From the UHGV virus genome UHGV-1551590: a stretch of DNA of 10,283 nucleotides. One strand, written 5' to 3'. Position 1 is the stretch's first letter. Each line of letters opens with the position of its first letter. Source of the stretch: a virus. The notes below the pieces were generated by a model. That model worked only from the letters and a program-made list of their open reading frames with translations, ran no database searches and had not been told where the DNA came from. Shown one piece after another: positions 8,264-10,283 of the stretch. Made by a program: the position numbers and the translations under genes.

Positions 8264-8434
8264 ATGTTTGTCAAACCTGTTAAAGGGCGGTCAGTTCCTG
8301 ACCCTGCCCGCGGCGACCTTTTGCCCGCCGAAGGGCGAAATGTTGACGAGAACAACTACTGGCTGCGCCGTGAAGCAGCGGGTGATATCCGGCGCGTGAA
8401 TAAAAAGGTGAACACCGATGACGATAAGCTTTAA
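8264..8434 (+). CDS. Small Mu gp38-like protein (56 aa); not in the supplied ORF track
   Basis: Hand translation gives MFVKPVKGRSVPDPARGDLLPAEGRNVDENNYWLRREAAGDIRRVNKKVNTDDDKL. GAGGA at 8254-8258 precedes ATG 8264. Its 3' end overlaps the sheath start by 17 nt. It resembles the small basic proteins I recall encoded just upstream of the sheath gene in Mu-like tail modules. Confidence 0.55.
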   Translation: MFVKPVKGRSVPDPARGDLLPAEGRNVDENNYWLRREAAGDIRRVNKKVNTDDDKL

Positions 8435-9914
8435 CACCATTCCGTCGAATACGCTGGTTCCGCTGTTTTATGCGGAAATGGATAACCAGGCTGCGAATAC
8501 TGCACAGGACAGCGGAGCATCGCTGCTGATTGGTCATGCCAATAACGGTGCAGAGATTGTTGCCAACAGTCTGGTGCTGATGCCGTCGGCAGACTATGCA
8601 CGCCAGATTTGTGGTGCGGGAAGTCAGCTGGCGCGTATGGTCGAGGCTTATCGCCAGACAGACCCGTTTGGTGAGCTGTATGTGATTGCCGTTCCGGAAG
8701 CCACAGGCGCGGCGGCAACGGTTACGCTGGCGGTGACCGGGGAAGCAACCGAAAGCGGCACGGTGAATGTCTATGTGGGACGTACCCGCGTGCAGGCTCC
8801 GGTGACCAACGGCGATAACGTCACGACGATTGCCAGCAGTATCAAAGATGCCATCAATGCCGTTCCGGCCCTGCCGTTTACGGCTTCATCTTCGGCAGGC
8901 GTGGTCACACTTACCGCGCGTCATAAGGGGCTTTGCGGGAATGAAATTCCTGTCAGCCTCAATTACTACGGCTTTGGTGGGGGCGAAGTGCTGCCAGCGG
9001 GCGTACAGATTGCCGTGGCGACGGGTACCGCCGGAACGGGTGCTCCGGTTCTCACCGGCGCGGTGGCTGCAATGGCGGATGAGCCGTTTGATTATATCGG
9101 CCTGCCGTTCAACGACACGGCCTCCGTTAACACGCTGGTGACCGAGATGAACGATACCAGCGGTCGCTGGAGCTATGCGCGTCAGCTGTATGGTCATGTG
9201 TATACGGCAAAGATCGGCACGCTGTCAGAACTGGTGACCGCAGGTGACCAGTTTAACCAGCAGCACATTACCCTGGCAGGGTACGAAAAAGAGACCCAGA
9301 CGCCTGCCGACGAACTTGCGGCAAGCCGTACCGCCCGCGCAGCGGTGTTTATTCGCAACGATCCGGCACGTCCCACGCAGACCGGTGAGCTGGTGGGTAT
9401 GCTGCCTGCGCCGAAGGGGAAACGGTTCACGATGACCGAACAACAGACCCTGCTGTCTCATGGCGTGGCAACGGCGTATGTCGAAAGCGGGGTGCTGCGC
9501 ATTCAGCGTGATGTCACCACGTACAGGAAAAATGCTTACGGGGTTGCGGATAACAGCTACCTCGACAGCGAGACGCTGCATACCAGTGCGTATGTACTGC
9601 GCAAACTGAAATCCGTCATTACCAGTAAGTACGGGCGTCACAAGCTTGCCAGTGACGGTACCCGCTTTGGTCCCGGTCAGGCGATTGTCACCCCGGCGGT
9701 GATCAAAGGGGAACTGCTGGCAACCTACCGTCAGCTCGAGCGTGCGGGGATCGTGGAAAACTACGAACTGTTCAAGCAGTACCTGGTTGTGGAGCGTGAT
9801 GCCAGCGATCCGAACCGCCTGAACACGCTGTTCCCGCCTGACTATGTTAACCAGTTGCGTGTTTTTGCCGTGGTTAACCAGTTCCGTCTTCAGTATTCAG
9901 AGGAGTCTGCATAA
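8418..9914 (+). CDS. Contractile tail sheath protein (Mu gpL-like)
   Basis: 498-aa ORF with AAGGTG upstream of ATG 8418, followed immediately by a tube-like gene. Size and Gly/Ala/Thr-rich composition fit Mu-like sheath proteins. Confidence 0.8.
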   Translation: MTISFNTIPSNTLVPLFYAEMDNQAANTAQDSGASLLIGHANNGAEIVANSLVLMPSADYARQICGAGSQLARMVEAYRQTDPFGELYVIAVPEATGAAATVTLAVTGEATESGTVNVYVGRTRVQAPVTNGDNVTTIASSIKDAINAVPALPFTASSSAGVVTLTARHKGLCGNEIPVSLNYYGFGGGEVLPAGVQIAVATGTAGTGAPVLTGAVAAMADEPFDYIGLPFNDTASVNTLVTEMNDTSGRWSYARQLYGHVYTAKIGTLSELVTAGDQFNQQHITLAGYEKETQTPADELAASRTARAAVFIRNDPARPTQTGELVGMLPAPKGKRFTMTEQQTLLSHGVATAYVESGVLRIQRDVTTYRKNAYGVADNSYLDSETLHTSAYVLRKLKSVITSKYGRHKLASDGTRFGPGQAIVTPAVIKGELLATYRQLERAGIVENYELFKQYLVVERDASDPNRLNTLFPPDYVNQLRVFAVVNQFRLQYSEESA

Positions 9915-10283
9915 TGGCCCGTATCGGGGGAACCTGTTATTTCAAAATTGACGGTCAGCAGCTATCGCTGACCGGCGGCATTGAGGTGCCCATGAACAGG
10001 ACGGTCAATGATGACATCATCGGCCTGGACGGTTCAGTGGACCGCAAGGAAACTCACCGTGCGCCTTATGTCAAAGGGACCTTCAAGGTGCCGAAGAATT
10101 TTCCGGTGAGCAAAATCACCTCGTCTGATGAGATGACCATCACTGCTGAGCTGGCGAACGGTCAGGTCTATGTATTGTCGTCAGCCTGGCTGCACGGCGA
10201 AGCGAACCATAATGCCGAAGAAGGCACGTGTAGATTCAATCTGTCAATGCAACACCCCTTTCAATTATCTCTTTCGGTGTTTT
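9914..10283 (+). CDS. Tail tube protein (Mu gpM-like). Native sequence appears to end at about 10228 (codon 105); the rest is IS-derived and the ORF runs off the window.
   Basis: AGGAG at 9901-9905 precedes ATG 9914, which overlaps the sheath stop (TAATG). Hand translation MARIGGTCYFKIDGQQLSLTGGIEVPMNRT... has no stop to the window end. Position after the sheath gene and its size class fit a tube protein. Composition shifts to AT-rich at 10229. Confidence 0.7.
   Translation, partial: MARIGGTCYFKIDGQQLSLTGGIEVPMNRTVNDDIIGLDGSVDRKETHRAPYVKGTFKVPKNFPVSKITSSDEMTITAELANGQVYVLSSAWLHGEANHNAEEGTCRFNLSMQHPFQLSLSVF
10229..10283. mobile_element. Probable IS30-family terminal inverted repeat (partial element, continues beyond the window)
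   Basis: TGTAGATTCAATCTGTCAATGCAACAC at 10229-10255 closely resembles the IS30 terminal inverted repeat as I recall it (TGTAGATTCAATTGGTCAACGCAACAG): first 12 nt identical, about 22 of 27 overall. GC content drops to about 36 percent here against a GC-rich background. The junction falls exactly at a codon boundary inside the tube ORF. Confidence 0.5.

Noticed and set aside
8280-9641. Several minus-strand and off-frame ORFs across the sheath gene (8280-8537, 8431-8718, 8830-9141, 8886-9197, 9194-9430, 9225-9641, 9244-9435)
   Set aside because: All overlap the 498-aa sheath ORF, which has an RBS and a conserved position. None has independent support.
1-10283. Search for CRISPR arrays, tRNA genes or tandem repeats
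   Set aside because: No regularly spaced direct repeats, no cloverleaf-like sequences, and no intergenic space large enough apart from 1-242 and 594-718, neither of which shows such structure by eye.

Overview
This window is a contiguous plus-strand late (virion morphogenesis) operon of a tailed phage or prophage, probably enterobacterial by composition and protein families. Gene order is HNH endonuclease, terminase small subunit (P27 type), terminase large subunit, a small membrane ORF, HK97-type portal, prohead protease, major capsid protein, a small ORF, gp6-like connector, head closure protein, HK97 gp10-like protein, then a Mu-like contractile tail start (gp37-like, gp38-like, sheath, tube). 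The head is HK97-like and the tail Mu-like, the mosaic known from SfV-type myoviruses. All product calls rest on remembered family signatures, gene order and size; no searches were run. Genes are tightly packed with several overlapping start/stop junctions, and every minus-strand ORF in the track lies antisense to these genes and is judged spurious. The most notable observation is at the 3' edge: from about 10229 the sequence becomes AT-rich and resembles an IS30-family terminal inverted repeat, which would interrupt the tail tube gene and mark a degraded prophage. Other points worth checking are the GC-rich hairpin between the HNH and terminase genes (candidate cos region or terminator), two small unannotated-type ORFs inside the head module, and an AT-rich 5' leader. 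I see no CRISPR array, tRNA or recognisable defence system; this is largely an ordinary structural module.
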